Origin: Monocercomonoides exilis PA203
Taxonomy: Eukaryota; Protista; Preaxostyla
DNA length: 64,000 bases
Assembly: GCA_001643675.2 (NCBI GenBank)
Contig: LSRY02000017.1
Location: 186,001-250,000, forward strand
Direction: 5' to 3'
Program-made: the position numbers and the translations under genes
The notes under the pieces: model-generated
What the model was told of the DNA's origin: nothing
Database searches by the model: none
What the model saw: the letters and a program-made list of their open reading frames with translations, nothing else
Part shown: piece by piece, positions 38,843-51,300 of the stretch
Layout: every line of letters begins with the position of its first letter
Numbering within the stretch: position 1 is the stretch's first letter

Positions 38843-39962
38843 GGCAAAACCGCGTTATATGGTAATGGCCTATTTTTGTGAAATTAATATATGAGTAATG
38901 TTGATAATGGATATCATGTTTTCATGCATCAGAGATGTGCGGAAGTTGACAAAAAGTCAAAAACAAAAATTAAAAAATAGAGGAAAAATGGGTGAATGAA
39001 TTTTCTTAAATTAGAATTTTGAAAAATAAATAATTAAACCAACTTCTATGGGGTCAAATTCTGACGCAGTTGCACCGTCCCCAGCTACAAGTGAATCTGA
39101 TTTTTCAAATTCTGACAATTGAAGAATATCATTTTCATCTTATATATCAGATTCTAACTCTGATTCTGTCGAGTCACTTTCTTCACTTTCAGATTCTTTC
39201 AATTCATTTTCTTTTTCTGTTAAATCGAAGACGATTTCCTTTATTAGATCCTCAAATTGTATTTGTAAGTTTCTTCTGACAAGCCACATAGATAAATAGT
39301 CCCCAAGATACTTTTCTCTGCATCCTGTTTATGGAAAAAATTTCCGTAAATTCATCCACAAACCTTCGACAGTGTTTGTTCATGTATGAGTGATTTTGTT
39401 TTTGAATTCTCGCTGATGACAGACAGTATCATGAGCGTAACCATAATCTTTCAATCTGGCATAAGCCTTCCATTCATCGCTCATGATCCGAGTTCCAGGA
39501 AAAATTTTTGCTCGTATTATTGGAACCAATGTCAACCTTCCTATATGGCACAATCATCACGTGGTTCTTTCCTGCACCTCCCTCTGGTTTCCTTTCCACA
39601 GCTCCAAATATCCAGATTTGGCTCTTCTTTTTCCCTCGCCCACACTTTCTGCGCCTCCAAACCGCTTCGTTGATCTCCACAACTCTTCCCGGCCCTCCTA
39701 TAATAGCTTGATTTTTGTTCCATATTGATGTTTATCTGACACGAATAACATTCGTCCAATAATGAATAGTGATTTCACTTATTCCAAGCAGTTCACCAAT
39801 GTGTGCGGCTGATATTCCAATGTGATAATATAAAACAATCATCAAAAATTTTCTCAGTGGTATTTTCGAATTTTCCAAAGATGTGTTTTTAAGACTGACT
39901 GTTTTTTGCCGCATTTTCCGCATCTCCAATACTTGTAAAAAAATGCCTCCTAATGTAAATAT
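38843..39962 (-). mobile_element. 5'-truncated Merlin (ISXO2/IS1016-like DDE) transposon with a defective transposase (left copy)
   Basis: Mirror of 40203-41327. Putative terminus ggcaaaaccgcgttatatgg at 38843. Confidence 0.8.
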
Positions 39963-40202
39963 GGGTGATTCTTTTTGAAAAGTCACAAATGTTTAATTTT
40001 CATATAAATCAAAAATTATATAAATGGCTCAAATTTCTGTTAACATGCACCAAACTTTCCAAATATGGAATCCATTATTGGATAATGCTATTTAACACAT
40101 TCTTAAGTAATTTCATGAATGTTTATAAAAATTTGAGCTAAACATGAAATTTTTGATATATTTGAAAATTTAACATTTGTGACTTTTCAAAAAGAATCAC
40201 CC
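39963..40202. mobile_element. 240-bp GGGTGATT-TIR MITE forming the axis of the giant palindrome
   Basis: atat|gggtgattctttttgaaa ... tttcaaaaagaatcaccc|atat. TIR is closely similar to those at 2703, 2963, 3833 and 4409. Inner imperfect inverted repeat matches at 46/60 positions. Confidence 0.7.
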
Positions 40203-41327
40203 ATATTTACATTAGGAGGCATTTTTTTACAAGTATTGGAGATGCGGAAAATGCGGCAAAAAACAGTCAGTCTTAAAAACACATCTTTGGAAAATTCGAA
40301 AATACCACTGAGAAAATTTTTGATGATTGTTTTATATTATCACATTGGAATATCAGCCGCACACATTGGTGAACTGCTTGGAATAAGTGAAATCACTATT
40401 CATTATTGGACGAATGTTATTCGTGTCAGATAAACATCAATATGGAACAAAAATCAAGCTATTATAGGAGGGCCGGGAAGAGTTGTGGAGATCAACGAAG
40501 CGGTTTGGAGGCGCAGAAAGTGTGGGCGAGGGAAAAAGAAGAGCCAAATCTGGATATTTGGAGCTGTGGAAAGGAAACCAGAGGGAGGTGCAGGAAAGAA
40601 CCACGTGATGATTGTGCCATATAGGAAGGTTGACATTGGTTCCAATAATACGAGCAAAAATTTTTCCTGGAACTCGGATCATGAGCGATGAATGGAAGGC
40701 TTATGCCAGATTGAAAGATTATGGTTACGCTCATGATACTGTCTGTCATCAGCGAGAATTCAAAAACAAAATCACTCATACATGAACAAACACTGTCGAA
40801 GGTTTGTGGATGAATTTACGGAAATTTTTTCCATAAACAGGATGCAGAGAAAAGTATCTTGGGGACTATTTATCTATGTGGCTTGTCAGAAGAAACTTAC
40901 AAATACAATTTGAGGATCTAATAAAGGAAATCGTCTTCGATTTAACAGAAAAAGAAAATGAATTGAAAGAATCTGAAAGTGAAGAAAGTGACTCGACAGA
41001 ATCAGAGTTAGAATCTGATATATAAGATGAAAATGATATTCTTCAATTGTCAGAATTTGAAAAATCAGATTCACTTGTAGCTGGGGACGGTGCAACTGCG
41101 TCAGAATTTGACCCCATAGAAGTTGGTTTAATTATTTATTTTTCAAAATTCTAATTTAAGAAAATTCATTCACCCATTTTTTCCTCTATTTTTTTAATTT
41201 TTTGTTTTTGACTTTTTTGTCAACTTCCGCACATCTCTGATGCATGAAAACATGATATCCATTATCAACATTACTCATATATTAATTTCACAAAAAATAG
41301 GCCATTACCATATAACGCGGTTTTGCC
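40203..41327 (+). mobile_element. 5'-truncated Merlin (ISXO2/IS1016-like DDE) transposon with a defective transposase (right copy)
   Basis: Across frameshifts and stops: YWRCGKC..SLKNTSLENSKIPLRKFLMIVLYY..LGISEITIHYW..IIGGPGRVVEINEA..WIFGAVER..TLVPIIRAKIFPGTRIMSDEWKAY..HDTVCH..TNTVEGLWMNLRK. The first catalytic D reads N. Confidence 0.85.
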
Positions 41328-41329
41328 AT

Positions 41330-41840
41330 TCATTTCCTATTCTACATCTTCTTCTTGTTCAAAATTAATTTTTTTTAATGAATTATCAACAGAAGAATAA
41401 ACCTGATTGTTGTGCAATGTATGTTTCAATAACTTAAAGAAGGAATTGCTCTCCTTCACCATGTTTTAGGTTAAAATTATACAAATGTGAACTTATCACT
41501 CCAATTGTGATTGTCTTCGATTTTATGACAGGATCAATGTTTCTGTGCTTATGATAGAAAGTTTTGTTCAAATGTCTAAAATCTCCCAAGCATGAATATG
41601 CTTTCCTTTCTTCGATGGTAATTGTTGTTTTTTCCTCAATTCGTTTTTTGATAATTGTGACAAATATAACTTATATTTTCAATATGGAATAATAACTATA
41701 CATTTCTTTTCATAATTTTTTTCGGCTTTAAGCTCCACTGCTCCAAATGCTCACATCAATTATTTCGCACTTTCATGTTTCAAAAAATTTTCACACTGAG
41801 ATTAATGCATTCGCATTTGTTGAAATTCAAAATATTCTGT
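41330..41840 (-). pseudogene. Old Merlin transposase relic (right copy)
   Basis: Mirror of 38330-38840. Confidence 0.65.
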
Positions 41841-42308
41841 GTTTTTGATATAAATTTTAGATATTTCGCGTATATAATTATTATTTACCAACAATAGGTT
41901 GTAAAATATTGCAAATCATGATAATAAATGCTTTATATTCATTAATGGTATTAGTAGAATAAATAAAAAATCCGAGAGAACTCAATGATGCTTTCATTTT
42001 CATTATGCATAATCTTCAGAGAAAATCTCTGAAATAATAAGCAACAGGCCAGAAAAAAACCATGCCACAAATACATATGTGCATATGTTTGATACACTTT
42101 TATGAAATGCATAGTTATCTTCCAAAAGACCACAAGTCCCGAAAGATTTAACCCATTGTTCATGAAAATACACATAAAGGATTTGTTACGTTCGATTTGC
42201 TCTTCAATTCATTCCTATCGCAAACCCTTCCCTTTCAACCTTTAATATGACTTATAAAAAAAGAAAATATCTTTTTCAAAAGCATCGAAATATCCAGAAT
42301 TTCTCCAT

Positions 42309-45300
42309 TCATCTAATCAATGAATATCTGCTTTCAGCATCACTATCCCTATTTTCGCCTTTATTATTAGAACCAACCTCCAAGTCAATAGCATCAGAGG
42401 CAGTGACCATCACAGCCTCAGCCGGAAAGTGCCCAAACAGCTCTCTCTTCACTTCCAGCAATCCAGGCCTCTCCTCGCTATTCTGTGACACACATGCTTT
42501 CACCCCTGTTCTTAATTCGCAACCATCGATTTCTTCTGGCTGAGGTCTTTCTCCATTCGCAATTTTCTTTCCAGCTACATCTGCTTCATAGTCACCAAAT
42601 GGAATCTGGAGCGTCAGACACTCCCATGCCATCATTCCAATAGAAAACACAACAGACTTCTTTGTTGCCTCCATCTTCCTGTTCACCATCAGTTCTGGTG
42701 CCTTCCATCTCATACATTCCTTCTTGTTGTCTTCCTCATCCTCAAATGCAGATGAAGGCAGAGAGTCTCTATCATCATCCTCGCTTGCAGATGTCACAAC
42801 TGTTGATGAAGAGATGGATGATGAGTCTGAACTGTCATCAGAAGAAAAATCGGAATGTATCACAATGCAGATGACCATGTGCTCTGAAAACAGAACAATG
42901 TGCGGGCTGAGGTTGGCCAATGACTGAAGCTTGTTCTCCATCTCGTCAAATGAGTGCAGCGCCAGATTAGCCACCCAGAACAGGATCTGTGCAGCTGTCA
43001 TCTCTCTTTCTTGCAAACCCCAATCGCCATTTCTTTCTTCTCGTTCCTCCCGTGAAGCAGCATGAACAACGAATCCCTCAGATCTACAATCAACTTTTCG
43101 TGAGGCGATGAACAGGCCATTGCATCCACTAAGTTAGACATCCTTGTCTGAATCTCTCCCTAGAATGTTTTCTGTCGATTCGCTCTTGCTCAGCAAATAT
43201 TCTGTTGATTCTGAATGCTGCATTTTCTTTTTGCACATTCTTCTTTTTACCTTCTTTGCTTCACTCTCCATTTTTTTCTGCTGAATGTTGGGAGTTATTT
43301 CCATTGTTATCATTTCAAGTATCTTTGGATCCTTTTTTACAGTATCTTCCACAATCTCTTCCAATTCTTCTGTTCGCTCCTTCGCCTTTTTCCACCGAGC
43401 GATGAATATTATCGATACAATAAGAACAATCAAAAACAATACAGTCAACATTATAATAACAATCAAAGCCCATGATGATTTTCCTTCTTTTCCTCCTTCA
43501 GCAAGTTCATTGCTTACACCTGTTTGATCTTTGCTTCTGTTCTTCAGAATGAATGAATCAGTTGATGATGGAGCATTTGGATTCCCAAACAAAATATGCA
43601 CACTTACATCAGCATCATCTTTTTCATTTGCCACTACCTCTTTTGGTACTTTCCCTAATAGTTCTTTCTCAGATACATGCCATCCCTCATCAATAATGTA
43701 TCTATCCAAAAATTCCTCATCCCCTATTTCTTTTAATATTGCAAACGATAAATTGCATGGAAGCAGCAACATTCCTTTGAATGACAGCGTTAATTCTGCC
43801 CCAGTTTCTTTCATCTCAACTGATTCAAGAACCGGAATAAAGAATGAAGAAGCTCTTTCAGAAATAATTCCTGTTAAGGCACATCCATTTTCCAGAATCC
43901 AAAGAGATGAGTTTTCTTTCAAACCATCTCCACCTTTCAAACTGATTATCTCCAAATTACCTGAATGCGTACAAGCAATGTTTCTTCTCAATGATGGATA
44001 GTGAGCAATCAATGGATTATTGCTATTGAAATTCGCTGCTTCAATTGATACATGACCTCCGCTAACTTTCAGTCCACCTTCTGGAGAATTTTCGATAATA
44101 GTATCCCTCATTATTGCAGCACTATTTATCACATCTATCAGAGATCCATTCCACATACATATCTCTTCTTCCACTTTGTTGCATTGCTTGAATATTGAAT
44201 CTTCTATTTCACTATCTATTGAACTTCCATCAAAAACACAACAATTTATCAGCACATCTGTGCACAAATTCATCGTGGCAAATTTTCTTTTTTCATTAAC
44301 TGCATTTGTGTTTTTGAACGAACAGTTTGAAAACTGTATCTGATTTTTCACACTCACGCAAGACAATAATGATAAATCGTTTTTTGACACTGTATTGTTA
44401 ACAAAAGCAAGATGACTCACCGTAAGCTGTCCACTGCAGGTTACACTTATAAGTGAACTTTCTACAACCAGATTGCGAAAAACAGCAATACTTATCAAGA
44501 ATTCCTGAGAAGAAGAAACTAAAAAAGGAGGCTTTGAAAATACCAAGTTTTCTATTGTGATATCATATCCATGATATTTCCCTTCGGTAATTTGAATAAT
44601 ATGAAATGGCAAATATGCATTTTCAAGAATCTCTGAATGCTCTGGCTGCTTTGAGCAAAATGAACAGTTAGTTATCTCTAGTAAACCTCCATTTGGCGAA
44701 AATAACGTATCATGAAAAGATATGAAATTTAAATCAAATATAAAGCTTAATCTCGATATCGCTACAGTGTTCGACGTTTTTATAAAAGATTCTTTTGTGC
44801 ATTTGATCATTGTTGCAATCTCCACCTCACACAAACACCTGCTTTTAGAGGTCAAGCTCATCTCTTCCAGATATGCTTCTGCTTTTATCGTGCTTTCTGT
44901 ATCAACGAACATGAGACTGATATAGTCTGAAGTTAAATGAGAAAGTCCATAATCAACTGAAAAGCATGGAAAAATATATGTGCCGCATTGTCTCTCATTT
45001 AATCCATTTTTTCTTGATACAATAATCGTATCGCTTTGATAAATAGTAATGAAATCAATTAAATTTGTGTCGCCTGTGCGTTCAGTTAGGTCAGATCCAT
45101 ATATGGCATTAAAATGAACATAAGACTTTTCACGAAGATCAAATTGAAATTGCTTTTCATTGATCTGAGATGAAATGTTAAAGCACCTGATAAATACATC
45201 ATTTCCAACTTTTGCTGTATTTGCACTCATATTCATTTTGACTAATTCAAAATTCAACAACTCAGTTTCTTCACATTTTAAATATGCCCCTCCTCCTTTT

Positions 45301-48300
45301 CCACTACTGCTGCAGCAACAATGACTGATTGTTGAATCCGATATAAGTAATGTTCCCGCCTTACACAATGAAAAATATATTGCTCCTCCATTTTCACTTC
45401 TTTCTGTTTTGTTGTCAGTGAATGAACTCTTGTTTATCTCCAATTCTATTCCATTATCACTATTTGATTCAAGCACACTCACTTGATTATCGCTCCTTTT
45501 CAATATCAAAAATGACGAGTTTTCAATATGCATGCTGCTTGTGGCATGTACACTATTTTCAGAATGGTGAATATTGGATTCTTCAATTGATATAATGCAT
45601 CCTCTTGTTTCATTCAATGCAGACACAAGTAAATTTGATAAATCACATGAAATTCCCGTATCTTTTATTAAGAAAATGTTGTTTCCAATATAACAGGAGT
45701 TCATTGATAAATCATTGACATTCACATTTCCTTCAATGGCATAAACAAAAATGCAAATAAAATCAGCATCTCTTTGAGCTTCTGAATGAAAAGAACATTC
45801 ACTTATCATCAAGTCACCAGCTCTATTTGTTATTACAGTGATAGCAGTGTTGTCGAAGCCAGATGATAATTGGAGTGTAATGTTCGAAAGCGAAAACGAT
45901 AAATCATTACTCATATAACAATCCAAGCTGTTTTCTGTTGCTTTTTCAAAGAATATTACAGCTTTCATAAATTTCCCCTCAATTTGTTCGACTTTTTTCA
46001 ACAAATAATTTGATGCATTGAAGAAATCTCTAATTATGGTGGAATTAATAATATACAATGTTTTCTTTTCGCTGCTCTCTTTCATCTGATTAATACTCTT
46101 CCATACACTTTTACATGGTTCTTCTTTGCTTCCACAGCGTGCAACGTCAAAACCGTTAGATGACACGTATATTTGAAGGGAAACAAAAGGGATGAGAAAC
46201 ATAAATAAATCTTTATTAATATGCGTTTCATCACTTCCGACAAACAAATTGCCGTCAGCTTTGATTGAAGAAAAATCAAATTTAAAAGTATTTTCCTTCA
46301 CAGTCGTATTCAGATCTACCGCTAAAATAAACAAATTCTTACCAATATCTGCTAGATTTTTTCCAAATATCACGTTGCCTCCAAGAATTAAAGGGATTAA
46401 ACTGGCACATTTTTTGCAATTCAGATAAAAAAAGCCTCCTTTCCCATTGCTAGAATGAAGCGAGCAATATGAAGCATTAGTCATATTGATTACAAGATTT
46501 TCATCTTCTTTCAGCAACACTTTTGCAATGCTCCCTTCAAAACTCTTCGTATTGTCTATATATGAAAAATTGTCGTTATTAAGAAGAATGGAAGATAAAA
46601 TGATCAACGGAGATACAGCACACGAAAATCTCTCAAAATTGCATGCTTCTAACAAACAAGTTCCTTTTGTCGTGGATATTAACGAGTATTCAAGAGCATT
46701 TGACGATTGTACACTAAATGTGCAGAATTCAAGCAGAAGATTTCCACTGATGAAAACAATGCATTTATATTTTGCATAAATTTTGTTGGAATGTGCATGT
46801 TCAATGAAAACAAAGTGAGAAAATCGGTGGTTGTGATAACAGACGAAGCGGCATTTCCCTTTATTATTTTCTCAAACAATAAAAACTTGTGTTGTGTTTC
46901 TCTATCTTCATCGGTACATCCAGATATTTTTAGCGATTGAGTAAACAGAAAGAAATCTTCAATTATTCCTTTATCTTTTAGAATAAGTTGCCTTTTAAGC
47001 AACAATTCATTTGAATCAATATGAAAAATTCCATTCTACATTGCATGGCATGGATATCTCTTGCTTCCACATCCAGCAATGTCGTGTCCTTCATTGGCAA
47101 CATACACTTCTTCAGCTTTCCTTTCCATAAGAAACATTCGGAGATCAACGCTTTCGTCAAAATAATCTCTATCTTTTCCTTTCATATCAACTTCATACCC
47201 TTCATTTTTGTATTCAAATGCAAATCTTGAAGTTATTACTGAGTCATTCAACTTTCTGCACGAAACAAACAAATCTTTCGCTTCAAATGCTCGATTACTA
47301 TTAAATTGCACATTTGAAAACAAAAAATTGTTTTGGCAATCATCTAATAAATCCAAATATATTCCACCTCCTCTTCCTTCATTAATATTGGCAGAACATT
47401 TTTTTATTGATAACATTTCGACAAGTAGTTGATCATTCAGATCATTTTCACACTTAATGCACCCTCCGTTTTTGCTTTCTGTCAACGTTTCTTCAAATAA
47501 ACTTTTCCCTGTTATGTTCAGATTTGAGCCTGCTTTTGATGAAACAAATGCATCAAGGCCTTCAACGCAATTTTTAATTGATATGTTCCTCAGTATCACA
47601 TCAGATCCTGATTCTCCAATAACAAGACTTATTCCATTTGCTTGCACATTAACAAGCAAGCTGTTTTCAATAATTGCTCTTCCATTATGCAATCGAGCTA
47701 TTCCATTCTCCATAAAAAGAAGATCAAAAAACTCTATTCCATCTAAATGAAGATATCCACCTTCTTCAACTATTATCCATTTTTCACATGCCTTTCGAGT
47801 ATCTTCGGAAAAAGAGAAATAGCAATCAACGAATGAACATTTACCAGTCCAAATTTCTACAATTGCTTCCCAGAAAGATTTTCTGCATGGCATGATACTG
47901 AAATATGGAGAAATGAAAAAGACAAATATGTTTGTGCAACCCCTTCTGTCAATTCAAATTTTCCTCCTTCTTCAATAAGCATTTTCTGCATATTTTCATT
48001 TCCTCGTATCGTCAGAGACTTTCCATTTCCATTTATTGTTTTATTAACAAGTGCTCTTCCTTCAAACTGAATGATCATTTGCTCTTCCTTTATCCTATCA
48101 AATCCTATGTCCATTGAAGTGCATGGATTTTCTCTTAAACCACAGTTTTGTCCATCATTTCCTGCTTCATTCACAAACACACACGAGCTCAACAAAGGAA
48201 ATAAGTAATTAACAAGAGAGTCTTCTTTTAAATCAGAAAGGTCTTGAACCCACATTCGCTTTTGCACTGTCTCGTTTGTGATTGTTCCGTTCCATAACGA

Positions 48301-51300
48301 TTGAAGAAGTGTTATCCATGGTAACTGGCACGCCAATAATATATCGTCTCCTCTCTCTGCAACATTATTAGAAAATACATTGTTTTTCATTGAATATTCT
48401 ATTCTTGCTGTTTCAAACGTCAAATGCAATCCTCCCCCCTTTCCACTTCCTGGTGGAACTATGTTTCTGTCAATCTTGTTGCCTTCAAAATAAAATTTCC
48501 CTTCGTCGCAAGTTCTCATCAAAATACTCCCACCTATTGAATTATCTGCCTCACAAGCACATCGCTCAAAGGTGCAGTTTTCAATATTTGAAGACTTTCC
48601 GTTTCCAACTTGTCCACACATCACACCTCCATTTCCATAGTATCTTTTTATCTCAAAAAATGAGCTATTTCTGATTTGAAAACTAATGACATCTTTAATA
48701 CTTATTTCGGTTCCTTTTAAAAATTCGGTTTCTTTCATTATTGAACTCTTTATCGCGACTTCCTTCCCACGTATTACATCTATTATGCTTCCTTCATCTT
48801 CTCTTGTGGTATTTCTTAATAACACTTCTTCAAGCACAAGTTCTGCATTGACTCTGTCAAGAACAATTGCCCCAATTTTTGCCATATAGATTTCTTCAAC
48901 TCTACACCTCTCTAATATGACTTTTCCTTTTTTCCCGCAGATATATGCCACGCTCACACATTCTGTTTCTGAAGCAAATGAACATTCTTCGAATTTTTGA
49001 ATAAGATTGTTACATAAAAATATATACATTTTCGTTAATGTTTCAAATTCAGAAACAGAAAACTCTAAAGAGATAAACGAAACATTTTGTGTAATTTCAA
49101 TAAAGCTTTCCTTTTCGCCTTTAATTTCATTTTCATTGACAATTATTTTTTGTGTTTCAAGCATTCCATCAATTATCATTGGCTGTTCATCAAGCGTCAT
49201 TTCTTCATCTATGGAGTATCCATCAACCGTAAAACTGCTTTTGACGAGCCAAACACAGCAGCTCCGGCATATTTGAGTGATGGGCAAGGAAAATCGTAAT
49301 CTCCACAAAGATAATAATCAAGTCCTCTATTTGTCCCAACAACGTATCCAATAATTGGCTTTTCACGAAAAAATAACGCAAGCGGAATCAATTTCAGAAA
49401 ATCTCCGTTCTCTATTCCCATCATTTCTTGCAAATCTGGATCCTCACTAACCTTCCATGAAAACGAAAAATTAAATGAAAGAAAATCTACCAGCTGTGAT
49501 AAATTTGTTCCTTCAATGATTATGTTTTTTCCCCCCAAAAGTTGCAGAATTCCCTGATTCTCCAAGACCAAATGATAGATTTGTCATCACAAAATCTTTT
49601 CCTTCATCTATGCATCCCAACAGTACTGCACCTCCATAGCCTCCAAGTGTATCTTCTGCCATTGCTGCGCATTTGCCAAAATATGTTGCGCCATAATTGC
49701 TTCCCAGTCGCAGCTTTCCTGTTCCTTGCACAACTACATTAATTCCACCTCCGTATCCTTTTGCTGCAACACAATTTTCAATAATTGTGTCACATATTAC
49801 TATTTCGTTTCCATCTCCTATCACTCCATTAAGCGTGCTTCCATTATCTTCCAAGCATTTTATCGTGTTAAATGAACTATTTTTGATTGAAAGAAGCTTT
49901 CCATTTAAGTCATATATAAGTCCACAATTTTGACTGTTAGAGTTTCGAGCGGTCAAATTGACAACTGAGAATGAATTTTGAGAGGTATATTTGATGATTC
50001 CCTTTTCATCTGAGGATTGTACAAAATTTATTGTCATGTTATTTACTGAAGTCAATCCATTTCCACTCAAAAGCAAGAAATTTGCCAAATTGAACTTTAT
50101 TGATTCCACTCTAAAGCTGATGATCGATAACCTTCCTCCTTCAGAGCATACAAATGAGTAGTTGCATCCACTAGAAGATGGAAAGCATTCAGCTGAACTG
50201 TCGACAATATCCAAATAATCTTTGTTATCAGAAATCACAAATATGCACGTTTGAGCCAATGAAAGCGAAGAAGGAAGAATAAATGTCATCAACTCAAATA
50301 TAGCATTTGATGTTATATCAATCAAAAATGAACAATCTGATTCATTTCCCATCATTTCAATCTTTGACTTTGTTGTTAATCCACAAAAGTGGTATCCTTC
50401 ACTTGCATTCAAAGCGATGCATTCCAAAAATTGATACGTGCTTCCAAATGCTATGTTTCTTTTTTTTTCTAAAAATCTATTTATTGCATAATCAACTGAT
50501 TTGCATTTGAATTCCTCAAATCCACACGCAGAAGTATCATGCCCATCATCACTCACATGCACCAATTCTGGGTTATCAGCAAGATAGAACATAAGTGGAA
50601 TTGTTGTGTTAATCCACTTTGAATCTGTTTCCATTTCCAAGTTGGTGAATTCTGATATAGGAACCGAAAAGAGTATGCGATCTTTTGTTATGCTTGTTTT
50701 CAAGTCAGGTGAAAGAATAAACACATTGCTTCCATATTCTGCCTTATTTGATCTGAATTCGATTGTTTCTGCCAAAACAAATGGAGCATTAGCATTTAAA
50801 AGACTTATCTTCATTCCTCCGCCTTTCCCTTGTGTTCCTCTTTCCGAAGGCGCGCAACATGATTCAAAATGCGATAAAACTACCTGAAGCTCACATGACC
50901 CTTTCAGTGTTATTGATAGTCCCCCTCCTCCTTTTCCATTTTCAATCACTTCACATGTTTTGAAAGAGCAGTTCTCAACTTTTATTTCTTGTTTAAAGTC
51001 GTCACTTGCTTGCATACTAAGGCATGCTCCGTCATCTGTAATTCTTGATATATTTTCAAATGACGTGTTCTTCAGTTTGAATGAAGAGCATTTTTCTAAA
51101 TGAATTATCCCACCTGCATCCGATGCTATATTAAAAAACGTGGTATTTTGCAATATCGTTGTGTTGTTTGTTTCCAGTTCAATAACTCCTCTACCACTGC
51201 TTGCTTTTATCCGATTAACAGTTAATTGATCAATTGCGCATTCTGCACTTCCATTCACAAATATTAGATGGCTTCCAAAAATTATTCGATTTTCATTTTT

